This document shows, in pieces, positions 17,590 to 26,802 of a stretch of DNA of 64,000 bases. The stretch is taken from positions 4,416,001-4,480,000 of the forward strand of contig OY762209.1 of assembly GCA_963665295.1 (NCBI GenBank), written 5' to 3'. The notes beneath the pieces are model-generated. The model was not told the origin of the DNA. It saw only the letters and a program-made list of their open reading frames with translations, and made no database searches. The position numbers and the translations under genes were made by a program. Numbering within the stretch: position 1 is the stretch's first letter; every line of letters begins with the position of its first letter. Source of the stretch: Syntrophorhabdaceae bacterium. GTDB taxonomy: Bacteria > Desulfobacterota > Syntrophorhabdia > Syntrophorhabdales > Syntrophorhabdaceae.

Positions 17590-18504
17590 TTACCCCTTTT
17601 TTAGCTTTTTATGCCAGTATCCGAGCACCCCGTCGGGGAGAAAGAATATGATGATCATGAGGATAATCCCCAGGAAGAGCGCCCAGTAGACCGTGTAGGT
17701 GCTGATGAAGGTCCGGAGCAACACGATGAGCGCCGCCCCGAGGAGGGGACCCATGAAGGTGAACCATCCCCCGAGGAGGCACATGATCATGATCTCCATG
17801 GAGAAGGTCCAGAAGAGCATGTCAGGGAACACGGTCGTATCGACCACCACGAAAAGAACACCTGCAACGCCTGCGAAGAAACCCGCGATCACGAGGCCCG
17901 CCAGTTGGTGCCTCCTTACGTTGACCCCGATCATCTCGGACCTTATGGGGTTGTCCCTGATCCCCTGGAGCACGCTCCCGAAGGGGGACTTGAGTATCTT
18001 GTAAATGACGAAGAAGGCGGCGGCGGTGATGATCAGGGTGAAGTAGTATGCGCCGTTGGCGGAGGAGATGATGTCGGGGACGGGGACGCCGTGGATGCCG
18101 TCGTCACCCCCGGTCAGGGAATACCACCGGTAGATGACGGCCCACACGAGGGAGCCCAGGGATATCTGGAGCATCCCGAAGTAGAGCTTCGAGAGGCGTA
18201 TGCAGATAAGGCCCATGATGAAGCTTAAGACCGCGGAGACGAGGGGTCCCACGATAAAGCACACCCAGGGAGGGAAGCCCGTCTTGGTGAGCATCAGTGC
18301 CGCCCCGTAGGCCCCTACCCCGTAGAAGACCGCGTGATGGAACTGGTATACCCCCCCGAATCCGAGAATGAAGTTGAGGCTCGTGGCCAAGAGGCCGTAG
18401 AGCAGGATGAGGGAGGCGATGTAGACATAGAACCGGGGGAAGATAAAGGGCAGCGCAAGGAGTATGACCACTCCCCCGTATGCGAAGATGCGATTACGTG
18501 CCAT
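17590..18504 (-). CDS. livM: Liv-type ABC permease
   Basis: TGGDDG, SPFG..L..IRDN, P.G..G. Confidence 0.9.
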   Translation of the reverse strand: MARNRIFAYGGVVILLALPFIFPRFYVYIASLILLYGLLATSLNFILGFGGVYQFHHAVFYGVGAYGAALMLTKTGFPPWVCFIVGPLVSAVLSFIMGLICIRLSKLYFGMLQISLGSLVWAVIYRWYSLTGGDDGIHGVPVPDIISSANGAYYFTLIITAAAFFVIYKILKSPFGSVLQGIRDNPIRSEMIGVNVRRHQLAGLVIAGFFAGVAGVLFVVVDTTVFPDMLFWTFSMEIMIMCLLGGWFTFMGPLLGAALIVLLRTFISTYTVYWALFLGIILMIIIFFLPDGVLGYWHKKLKKG

Positions 18505-18516
18505 GGTGTAAACTCC

Positions 18517-19413
18517 TTACCACGTTGATTTGAGAAGTCCGGTAGGCCTGAAAAGCAGGACCACGATCACCGCAAGGTAGGGGAAGACGATACCGAATTG
18601 CGGCCATACCAGGATTCCTAAGGATTGGGTCAAGCCGAAGATGAGGGCGCCTAGGAGGGCCCCCCACATATTACCCAGTCCGCCCATGATGACAATGAGG
18701 AAGGCCTCCATGATGAGGGAGTGGTCCATCCCCAGGGTGACGCTCACCGTAGGGGCAACGAGCGCACCACCCAGGCCCGCAAGGAGACAGCCTATGACGA
18801 AGACCATGGCGAAGACCCAGCTCACGTTGATGCCCACGGCGCCCACCATCTCCCGGTCGACTGCCGCTGCCTGGGATACCTTGCCTATCTTGGTCTTCGT
18901 CACGAGGAGCCAGAGGGCAAGGGCCACGATGGGTCCCATGACAAGGAGGAAGACATTATACCGGGGGAAGGGAAGACCTCCGAAGAGGGGGACAAAACCC
19001 TGGAACACGTGGGGTACGGGCACGGATTTGTACTCCGCCCCCCAGACGAGCTTCACGAGGTCCCCGAAGACCAGGGAGATGGCGAAGGTAAAAAGGATGA
19101 GCATGAGGTGCTCCCTCTCGTAGAGATATTGAAAGAGGCCCCGTTCAGTGGCGAGGCTCACAAGTCCTACACCGATGGGGGCGCCTATCAGGGCGAGCCA
19201 GAAGCCTGTATCCCCTCCCACCAGGGAGGTAATGGTAAAGGCCATGAAGGCGCCGATCATGTAGAGCGACCCATGGAAGACGTTGGGGATGCGGAGCACC
19301 CCCAGGATAAGGCTCAAGCCGGAGGAGACGATAAAGAGTATGACCGTACGGCTTAAGCCCACGAATATCTGGCATAACACACCCGGCGGAATGATTGAAT
19401 AGATGAAATCCAC
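18517..19413 (-). CDS. livH: Liv-type ABC permease
   Basis: GLSLILG...HG, GGLGN, RPTGL. Confidence 0.9.
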   Translation of the reverse strand: MDFIYSIIPPGVLCQIFVGLSRTVILFIVSSGLSLILGVLRIPNVFHGSLYMIGAFMAFTITSLVGGDTGFWLALIGAPIGVGLVSLATERGLFQYLYEREHLMLILFTFAISLVFGDLVKLVWGAEYKSVPVPHVFQGFVPLFGGLPFPRYNVFLLVMGPIVALALWLLVTKTKIGKVSQAAAVDREMVGAVGINVSWVFAMVFVIGCLLAGLGGALVAPTVSVTLGMDHSLIMEAFLIVIMGGLGNMWGALLGALIFGLTQSLGILVWPQFGIVFPYLAVIVVLLFRPTGLLKSTW

Positions 19414-19549
19414 TTTGCTCTCCCTCTTTCAGTTAGTGGGGCTTGCGTCGCCCCCTCCACCGGCAAAGCCGCTGGAGCCTCCCCTTCGCGCGTGCCGTGC
19501 ACGCTAAATGACCCTGTTTCCTTTACTCTGTTTCCATCTCATTATTGGC

Positions 19550-19590
19550 AATGGCCCTTCCCTGCCCCATTGAAGCGGGGAAGGGCCATT
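19550..19590. terminator. Hairpin downstream of the binding-protein gene (terminator or mRNA stabiliser)
   Basis: AATGGCCCTTCCC ... GGGAAGGGCCATT, a 13-bp inverted repeat. Confidence 0.65.
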
Positions 19591-19601
19591 CGCTTCCTCG
19601 G

Positions 19602-20819
19602 CTATTTCTTCCGCAGCTTCAGGACCTCCTCACAGGTAGGCATGTAATCCTTCGGAGGTATGATCTGGTTCTCCGTCGATATGAGGAACGGATATTTGGC
19701 GTCTTTCTTTGTTACGCCGAAGTACGTGGGCAGTTCGAGCTGGTGGTCGCAGGCCCTGAGCGTGAGGGCGCCGACAGGACTGTCGAGAGTCATGCCCTCC
19801 ACCGCCTTGATAAGGGCCTCTCTGTCAACCTTGCCCGCCTTTTTGAAGCCCTCGGCTATGAACTGTGCGGTCATGTAACCAACCAGAGCTGACGCCTTGG
19901 GATATCTCTTGTAAGCCTTGGTGAACTCATCGACATAGGCCTTGTTGGCGGCCGACTCGGGATAGTAAAAAAGGTAATTAGCAGTACCGTATACGCCCTC
20001 GGGTGCATCCTTGCCCTGGGGCATGAGGGTTCCCAGTTCATTGGCCGTATGCTGGTAGAAGGGTATCTTCTGGCTTAAGCCCGTTGCCTTTGCGGCCTTC
20101 TGGAAATTGACCATGCCGGAGCCGCCCGTGGCGACGATGACGAAATCGGGTTTGGCGGAGAGTATCTGGGTGATGTAGGGGGTAAAGTCGGCCTCACCTA
20201 CCTTCCACCACGATTCTCCTACCTTCTGTACCTTGGGATTGAGTCTCTTCAGGTTGTTCCACACCGCGTCCGCGATGGCGTGACCGTATTCGTAGTCGTC
20301 GCCCGCGATCCAGTACTTCACGAAGGGCTTTTTCGCGAGGGCCACTGCCGCCGCCCTGCCTGCCATCTCGGTGTTCTCGTTCATATTGAAGACATACCGG
20401 TGTCCCTTCTCGCCGATGATCTTTTCACTTTTTGAATAGGTGACGAAGAAGGGGATCTTTTCCTTTCTCGCGAGGTCCGATACGGCAAGAGCGGTACCGC
20501 TGTTGATGGTGCCTACGAGGATATCGACTTTCTCTTTAAGGACGAGTTCCTTGGCCATGGCAAGGCCGATGTCCGGTTTGAACTTTTCGTCGCGGGTCGT
20601 ATATTCGATCTTCTTGCCCAGCACCCCGCCCTTTGCGTTGATCTTCTCGACAGCGAGCTTGAACCCGTCAAGCACGTCCTGGGTGAAGCTCGTCGCGGGA
20701 CCTGTGTAGGTGTCGACGATGCCTACCTTGATGGTGTCGGCCCCATAGGTAAAAGGACAAGCAAAAAAAACACCGATAACGGCGATCAGCAGAACAGAAA
20801 ACCATGATGATTTCTTCAT
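19602..20819 (-). CDS. Liv-type ABC substrate-binding protein
   Basis: Signal peptide MKKSSW...; INAKGGVLG, DYEYG; AAGGGAGG SD. Confidence 0.9.
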   Translation of the reverse strand: MKKSSWFSVLLIAVIGVFFACPFTYGADTIKVGIVDTYTGPATSFTQDVLDGFKLAVEKINAKGGVLGKKIEYTTRDEKFKPDIGLAMAKELVLKEKVDILVGTINSGTALAVSDLARKEKIPFFVTYSKSEKIIGEKGHRYVFNMNENTEMAGRAAAVALAKKPFVKYWIAGDDYEYGHAIADAVWNNLKRLNPKVQKVGESWWKVGEADFTPYITQILSAKPDFVIVATGGSGMVNFQKAAKATGLSQKIPFYQHTANELGTLMPQGKDAPEGVYGTANYLFYYPESAANKAYVDEFTKAYKRYPKASALVGYMTAQFIAEGFKKAGKVDREALIKAVEGMTLDSPVGALTLRACDHQLELPTYFGVTKKDAKYPFLISTENQIIPPKDYMPTCEEVLKLRKK

Positions 20820-20913
20820 AATGCACCCTCCCTTCATTTTTTTGAAATAGTAAGAATTACCCCCAGTGTCAATTCTAAAAACAAACCCCTTTATTGTCAA
20901 CATAAAAGCCTGC

Positions 20914-21597
20914 CTATTCCCCGCGCCGCCCGGGCTTCTCCCCGAAAACATTCTGCACTATGTCGCTCTGTGCAGTCCGGAGGTGTTCTCCTATTTCCCT
21001 GGCAACCGCATCTCCATCAGACTCTTCGATCGCACGAAGGATACGGATGTGTCCGTCTTTTGACCTGAAGGCCGTGTCGATGAAGCGCGTGGCCTTCAGA
21101 CCGTATCTCAGCATGTGACGCCTCAGGGTCTGTACCAGTTCGAGTATGCGCTCGCTGCCGCTCAGAGATGCGATGATCTCGTGGAACTGTGTATCCAGTT
21201 CTATATAGGCATCAAAGTTCCCTTTCTCGATTTCCTGCTCCTGACGAGCCACGTTTCTGGTCAGGTCCGCGACAAGTTTCCGGTGGGCTTTCGCCAGAGC
21301 CCTGCGAGCTGCCAGTCCTTCGATCACTTCCCTGAGTTCACATATCTGTTGGAGGTCCTCGACGCTCATCTTTTCCACTACATACCCTACACGGGGTATC
21401 GATTTCACGAGCTTCTCCATTTCAAGGTTATGGAGGGCCTCCCGGATGGGGGTCCTTGAGGTGCCGATATCTCCGGCGATCCTGGTTTCCACCAGCCTTT
21501 CGCCCGGAGCAAACACGCCTGTGAGTATCTTTTCACGGATATAATGGTACACCCGTTTCCTGATTGTCACCTGATCCTCAAACAACGGTTTCTTCAT
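20914..21597 (-). CDS. GntR (FadR/FCD) family regulator
   Basis: PGERLVE...GTSRTPIREAL, LRE.IE, D..FH, H. Confidence 0.92.
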   Translation of the reverse strand: MKKPLFEDQVTIRKRVYHYIREKILTGVFAPGERLVETRIAGDIGTSRTPIREALHNLEMEKLVKSIPRVGYVVEKMSVEDLQQICELREVIEGLAARRALAKAHRKLVADLTRNVARQEQEIEKGNFDAYIELDTQFHEIIASLSGSERILELVQTLRRHMLRYGLKATRFIDTAFRSKDGHIRILRAIEESDGDAVAREIGEHLRTAQSDIVQNVFGEKPGRRGE

Positions 21598-21681
21598 GGA
21601 TTGTATACGGTACTTTACGTATTTTCCCCTGTCAAGAAAAAAATAGAACCTCTTCCACTGAAGTACAGTATGCACCTTCCA

Positions 21682-21710
21682 TTGACCCCCTTTTAGAGAA
21701 AGGGTATAAT
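21682..21710 (+). promoter_or_regulatory. Sigma-70 promoter of the larA-like gene
   Basis: TTGACC-N17-TATAAT. Confidence 0.75.
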
Positions 21711-21714
21711 ACCA

Positions 21715-21732
21715 CTGTGAAATATTTAGCAA
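21715..21732. promoter_or_regulatory. Rex-like operator
   Basis: CTGTGAA-ATAT-TTAGCAA against consensus TTGTGAA-N4-TTCACAA; overlaps the predicted +1. Confidence 0.6.
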
Positions 21733-21748
21733 CCTCAAGGAGGAGCCA

Positions 21749-23050
21749 ATGAGTAAAGACTACCATCTCCGCATGGGTCCCGCGGAACAAGAGTACTTCG
21801 CCCTGCCAAAGAAATGGAGTCCTTTGCCTTTTTCTGATATCCGAAGCGACTCACCGAAGCCCTCGGTAGGGCAGATGACCCGCGACGCCCTCTCGAGACC
21901 CGCAAAGACGGCCCCTCTTAAGGATTTGGTTGCCGATGCGAAGAAGATCGCCATTATAATCGACGACTGTACCCGCCCCACGCCTGTCTCCGGTATCCTT
22001 GAGGTGCTGCTTCCCTATCTGGAGGACAACGGTCACAATCGCGCGGACATCACCATCGTGGTTGCCCTCGGCACTCACGCTCCGGTGCCGGCGGAGGATC
22101 TTAAGGTCCGGGTGGGAAGCGATGTGGTGGCCGGTTATCGCATCGTACAGCATAACTCCCGCCAAGTGGACCTTACACCCGTCCTCCTACCCGACAACGG
22201 TATGGTGGTGGGGATAAACCCCGAGGTAGCAGGGGCCGACGCAAAAATTGGGATAAGTTCGATTTTGCCCCACCCCATGGCGGGGTACGGGGGCGGACCA
22301 AAGATCGTGATGCCCGGGGTATCGGACTTTGAGTTTATCCGTGCCCACCATATGAAGCAAACCATAGCCCCCGGATCGTATGCGGGGAACACGACAGGAA
22401 ACCCTTTTCACGAAGGGTGTTTGAAAGTAGCCCGCGCAGTAGGACTCGATTTTTCCATAAACTGCGTGTATAACCGACAGGGGGAGATTGTCCGCATCCT
22501 GGGTGGCGGACTTGACGCTGCTTTCGGAGCGGCGGTGGATGTGTGTCTGGAGGAACTGGGGATAAGATTTGAGGAAAAGGTCGATATAACGATTGCATCA
22601 ACCTACCCTCATACGCACGCCCATCAGTTTATCAAGGGTCTGAACGCCGCCGACGTGGTTACCAGGGAAGATGGTGCCATCTTGCTCGCCGTGCCCACCC
22701 TGACACGGCTGCCCGGTGATTTTCTCAACTCCTTCAACCTGGTAAGAGAAAGGTCTCACAATAAGCCTGTCGTTTATATGAAAGAGGCTATGTCTCGCGG
22801 GATGCCCTTCCTGCCGGAAAAACCTCTGGAGTTCAATATGGCCATGAAATGCGCGGTTATCAGGCCGGGAATACGGACCATACTTGTATCGCCCATGATT
22901 TCCGAGACTGAAGCCCGTACCATGGGGTTCGAGTACGCCCCTTCCGTTTCCGCGGGAGTGGACATGCTCGAAGCTTCATACCCCGAAGCGCGGGTTGCAA
23001 TATTTCCTTCAGGAGGACTCATCGTCCCCATAACCGCCTGGGAAAGATGA
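21749..23050 (+). CDS. larA: Nickel-pincer-dependent lactate racemase family protein (LarA-like)
   Basis: IDDCTRPTP, ALGTH, HPMAGYGGGPKIVMPG, H, NPFH. Confidence 0.88.
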   Translation: MSKDYHLRMGPAEQEYFALPKKWSPLPFSDIRSDSPKPSVGQMTRDALSRPAKTAPLKDLVADAKKIAIIIDDCTRPTPVSGILEVLLPYLEDNGHNRADITIVVALGTHAPVPAEDLKVRVGSDVVAGYRIVQHNSRQVDLTPVLLPDNGMVVGINPEVAGADAKIGISSILPHPMAGYGGGPKIVMPGVSDFEFIRAHHMKQTIAPGSYAGNTTGNPFHEGCLKVARAVGLDFSINCVYNRQGEIVRILGGGLDAAFGAAVDVCLEELGIRFEEKVDITIASTYPHTHAHQFIKGLNAADVVTREDGAILLAVPTLTRLPGDFLNSFNLVRERSHNKPVVYMKEAMSRGMPFLPEKPLEFNMAMKCAVIRPGIRTILVSPMISETEARTMGFEYAPSVSAGVDMLEASYPEARVAIFPSGGLIVPITAWER

Positions 23051-23078
23051 CATTCTCTGTCTTCCGAGCGGCGAGCGC

Positions 23079-23627
23079 CTACCGGTCCCGGTTCGTCGTT
23101 CCTCTCTCGGAATAGGCCGCGCCTCTTCTCCTGCGGCCCCTCCACCCCTTGATAACATCACGGACCGCCCGAAGGACTCCGGGAAGGGCGGCCTCAACCG
23201 GCCCGGAAAGGTCAAGCCCGTAGTCAATGCTGGCGGGCTCGACACCGATCACGCTTATCTCCGATAGTCTGCTCCTGTCGATCATATGGAGTGCATTGAT
23301 GATAGAGAGTTCGTGGAGAGACGCCGGGATGCCTCCCTCGTCGATATCGTCTCCCACAGCCCTGTAGACTGTACCAGGAACTCCACCCGCTTTCATGGCG
23401 TCGATGAGCAGAATCCTTTCCGCCCACTCCAGGAGGTACATGGCGTCAAAGACCGCGCAGCCCACCTCCGCCACCCGGATGCCGGCTGCGACAGGTCTGC
23501 GAAGCAGCCTCACCGCATGGACCCCCACCCCGTCGTCGCGGAGAAGGAGGTTGCCAAGGCCGGCAACAAGGATCCGTGGTTCCCTTCCTTTTGCCGCTTC
23601 GGCTCGTATCCTTTTCTTCCGTCTCAT
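23079..23627 (-). CDS. Hydrogenase maturation protease (HybD/HycI family)
   Basis: GLGNLLLRDDGVG, IDA, SLHE, GVEP, LS.PV; divergent from the hydrogenase genes. Confidence 0.92.
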   Translation of the reverse strand: MRRKKRIRAEAAKGREPRILVAGLGNLLLRDDGVGVHAVRLLRRPVAAGIRVAEVGCAVFDAMYLLEWAERILLIDAMKAGGVPGTVYRAVGDDIDEGGIPASLHELSIINALHMIDRSRLSEISVIGVEPASIDYGLDLSGPVEAALPGVLRAVRDVIKGWRGRRRRGAAYSERGTTNRDR

Positions 23628-24217
23628 TATATACCCGCCTTCACTCAAGAAAAGGGGCAAGCCGGGACGGCGCGGAGGAATAGGATGTGTCACGACGCCG
23701 TCTGAAAAATGGCATTCATACTTTATACTATAAGAGCTGTCCTCCTGTTGGTAAAGGTAACCGGGAGTCCACCCGGAACAGGTCATATGCATCCCCCCCT
23801 TTTGACTCTGCTTTCGCCATGGCTTATTTAATATACCATACTGAGAAATGGATTTATCCCTTTCGAAGTGTCTACTTTAATTCTGATCTAAAGGAGTCCT
23901 TTCCGATGGAGAAGAGACCAGGTGCCATAGCAATACTGTTGTCAAACCGGGTAAGCGCTTTTCACATCACCTCACTCCTCACCAGTTTCGCGGAACTTGT
24001 TTCAGCGCAGCAGGGCGTTCCTCTGCGCGACAATCAGGTTAATGTTGTCTCTCTCGTCCCCTCAAAGGTGCGCTGCCTTCCGCAGATTCGAAGGGCTATG
24101 GAGGCGAGGCAGGCTCTTGCCAGCCTATCACCATATATATTACTCCTCCATTCATGTTCTAACATCCTGTTTTTATTGTTTTTATATGCTCTTAATATCC
24201 CACTGTTTACAATATAC

Positions 24218-24246
24218 TTGACATGAATTATAATGTACAGTATAAC
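24218..24246 (+). promoter_or_regulatory. Putative sigma-70 promoter of the hydrogenase operon
   Basis: TTGACA-N17-TATAAC in an AT-rich intergenic region. Confidence 0.6.
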
Positions 24247-24414
24247 ATGTCCTTTCAATTTGGTGAACATATGTACCGCAAAGTTTCTCCACATGGTCCT
24301 GAATTTACTCGTAATGAACTCTCCTCCTGCGCGCACGGACCCTCGAAACGGCACAATTCCAGACAAGTCCGGTAGATTATACCGGCACAATTCCCGTAAG
24401 GAGGGAGGTAATGC

Positions 24415-25323
24415 ATGAATAATGTTTCCCGCCGCGACTTTTTGAAGTATTGCGGGTTAGGGGCCGCGGCCCTGGGTCTTAGCATGTCGGATCTGGGACG
24501 CCTTGAAAAGGCCTTTGCAAACCCGACCGGCCCATCGGTGATCTGGCTCCAGGGAACCGGCTGCACCGGATGTTCGGAATCCTTTCTCAACAGGATCTCG
24601 ACTTCCAGCCCCAAGACCGCGGCCGCCGTTCTCGTCGACTCCATCAACCTCGTCTATCACCCTAACCTCATGGGCCCCGCGGGCCAGGAAGCGGTGGCCG
24701 AAGCGGAGGCCGCTTACAACAAAGGAGGGTATGTACTCGCAGTCGAAGGAGGGATTCCCACGGCCTTTGGCGGAGCCGCGTGCATGGCGTGGACATACAA
24801 CAACGTTGAGGTTACTTTCGAACACGCGGTGCGTGACCTTGCGGACCGTGCCGCGGCGATCCTTTGTATTGGAACGTGCGCGTCTTTCGGCGGCATTCCC
24901 GCCGCGCCGCCCAACCCGGCAGGCGTCATGGGAGTCGGGGAACTCACGGGAAGACCTACCATCAATATTGCGGGGTGCCCGACACACCCCGATTGGATCG
25001 TGTGGGCCGTGGTGCAGCTTATACTCGGCAATCCGATCCCCCTTGATTCATCCGGACGCCCCACTCAGTTCTTCAGCAACACGGTGCACAGCCAGTGTCC
25101 GCGCTACGGGACGGAAAAAGCGGAGACTTTCGGAGAGGACTACCACTGTCTCATGGATCTCGGGTGCCGCGGACCCCGGACCATGTCGAACTGCCCCCAG
25201 CAAAGGTGGAATAATCAGGCCAACTGGTGCGTTGACGCCAATGGGCCATGCATAGGGTGTACCGAGCCGACATACCCCGGTACTCAGTCATTCTATACCC
25301 AGGAAGGCAAAGGAGGTACGTAA
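24415..25323 (+). CDS. [NiFe]-hydrogenase small subunit, Tat-exported
   Basis: SRRDFLK Tat motif; CTGC, GTCA, GCP, HSQC...CL..LGC, C...WC...CIGC; no C-terminal anchor. Confidence 0.95.
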   Translation: MNNVSRRDFLKYCGLGAAALGLSMSDLGRLEKAFANPTGPSVIWLQGTGCTGCSESFLNRISTSSPKTAAAVLVDSINLVYHPNLMGPAGQEAVAEAEAAYNKGGYVLAVEGGIPTAFGGAACMAWTYNNVEVTFEHAVRDLADRAAAILCIGTCASFGGIPAAPPNPAGVMGVGELTGRPTINIAGCPTHPDWIVWAVVQLILGNPIPLDSSGRPTQFFSNTVHSQCPRYGTEKAETFGEDYHCLMDLGCRGPRTMSNCPQQRWNNQANWCVDANGPCIGCTEPTYPGTQSFYTQEGKGGT

Positions 25324-26753
25324 TGTCAACAGTCAAGATAGTAGACCCTGTCACACGCCTGGAAGGTCATCTTAAAATAGAGGTCACCATAGACACGGTC
25401 AACAGTACGCAGCAAGTCGTTGATGCACGGGCCACGGGCACCATGTTCCGCGGGTTCGAGCAGATCCTTGTGGGCAGAGCGCCCCAGGATGCTCAGCATA
25501 TCACCCAGAGAATCTGCGGCGTCTGCCCCGTTCCCCACGGCATTGCATCCGTACTTGCCCAGGACAAAGCATTCAAGGTCACTCCTCCCGCCAATGCGAT
25601 CGTTATGCGCAATCTGGTCCTCGGCGCGAATTTTATCCAGTCCCATATACTCCACTTCTATCACCTTGCCCTTCAGGATTATGTGGACGGACCAGCCATG
25701 CCGCCGTGGCAGCCTTCATGGAATGTGGACAAACGCATCAGCGGCACCGGCGCCACAAGCCTGGTGAACAATTACGTGGCGGCCCTCGACATGACAAGGA
25801 AAGCTCACGAGATGGGCGCCCTTTTCGGAGGACGCATGCCCGATCCCGTGGCGTACGTCGCGGGAGGCTTTACTGCAACCCCAAGGCCGGACCGCATTTT
25901 GAAATATCAGTCATACCTGGCCGAATTAATCCCTTTCATCAGGAACACCTATCTTCCCGATGTGACCGGCTTGAGCCAGGCATATCCGGATTATTCGAGT
26001 ATCGGCACCGGATACGGAAACCTTCTTTCTTTTGGGGTCTTCGATCTCGATGCGGCGGGGGCGAACAAGCTCCTGAAGCGCGGGAGATCAGCAGGCGGAT
26101 CGCAGACGGTAAGCTCGGTTGATGTGAATCAGATATCGGAAGCGATCAATCATTCCTGGTATAAGGATTCGTCTTCCAGCCGGAAACCTTCGGCAGGCCA
26201 GACGAATCCCAGTTACCCCAAGACAGGGGCCTATTCATGGCTCAAAGCGCCCCGTTATGGCGGAAAACCCTATGAGGCGGGGCCTCTCGCGCGAATGTGG
26301 GTAAACGGGGATTACCGCCGTGGTATCTCCGTCATGGACCGACATCTGGCCAGGGCCCAGGAGGCTCTAAAAATAGCCGGCGCCCTTCAATCGTGGGTGA
26401 CGCAGCTGCAACCCGGAGGCCCTGTCTATACCGCCCATACACCGGCCGCCACCGCGACCTCGTACGGACTTACCGAAGCGCCTCGGGGCGCGCTGGGACA
26501 CTGGCTCCAGATTGCCGCTGGCAAGATTTCACGTTATCAGATCATTACACCCACATGTTGGAACGCCTCCCCCAGGGACGGCTCAAATAAACCGGGGCCG
26601 ATAGAAAAGGCGCTCGTGGGCACTCCCGTAATCAGCATCGACGAACCCGTTGAAGTTTTGAGGATTATCCATTCCTTCGACCCCTGCCTTTCCTGCGCGG
26701 TCCATGTATCGAGACCCAAAGAAAATGCAAAGGTTCACGTTGTCTACACATAG
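25323..26753 (+). CDS. [NiFe]-hydrogenase large subunit (group 1a-like)
   Basis: DPVTRLEGH, L1 QRICGVCPVPH, EAPRGALGH, L2 FDPCLSCAVH plus a cleavable tail. Starts at the TAATG overlap. Confidence 0.95.
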   Translation: MSTVKIVDPVTRLEGHLKIEVTIDTVNSTQQVVDARATGTMFRGFEQILVGRAPQDAQHITQRICGVCPVPHGIASVLAQDKAFKVTPPANAIVMRNLVLGANFIQSHILHFYHLALQDYVDGPAMPPWQPSWNVDKRISGTGATSLVNNYVAALDMTRKAHEMGALFGGRMPDPVAYVAGGFTATPRPDRILKYQSYLAELIPFIRNTYLPDVTGLSQAYPDYSSIGTGYGNLLSFGVFDLDAAGANKLLKRGRSAGGSQTVSSVDVNQISEAINHSWYKDSSSSRKPSAGQTNPSYPKTGAYSWLKAPRYGGKPYEAGPLARMWVNGDYRRGISVMDRHLARAQEALKIAGALQSWVTQLQPGGPVYTAHTPAATATSYGLTEAPRGALGHWLQIAAGKISRYQIITPTCWNASPRDGSNKPGPIEKALVGTPVISIDEPVEVLRIIHSFDPCLSCAVHVSRPKENAKVHVVYT

Positions 26754-26802
26754 AGCGACAACGGTGGCATGGAGAATTTGCTGCATACGATAAGGAGACA
26801 GA

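Noticed and set aside
23687..24390. 179-aa and 118-aa ORFs between the protease and hydrogenase genes
   Set aside because: No motifs or SD, atypical composition; the region looks regulatory.
26680..26706. Selenocysteine in the hydrogenase L2 motif
   Set aside because: The codon is TGC (Cys); there is no in-frame TGA.
26766..26782. TGGCATGGAGAATTTGC as a sigma-54 promoter for the heme-repeat gene
   Set aside because: GG-to-GC spacing is 12 nt rather than the required 10.
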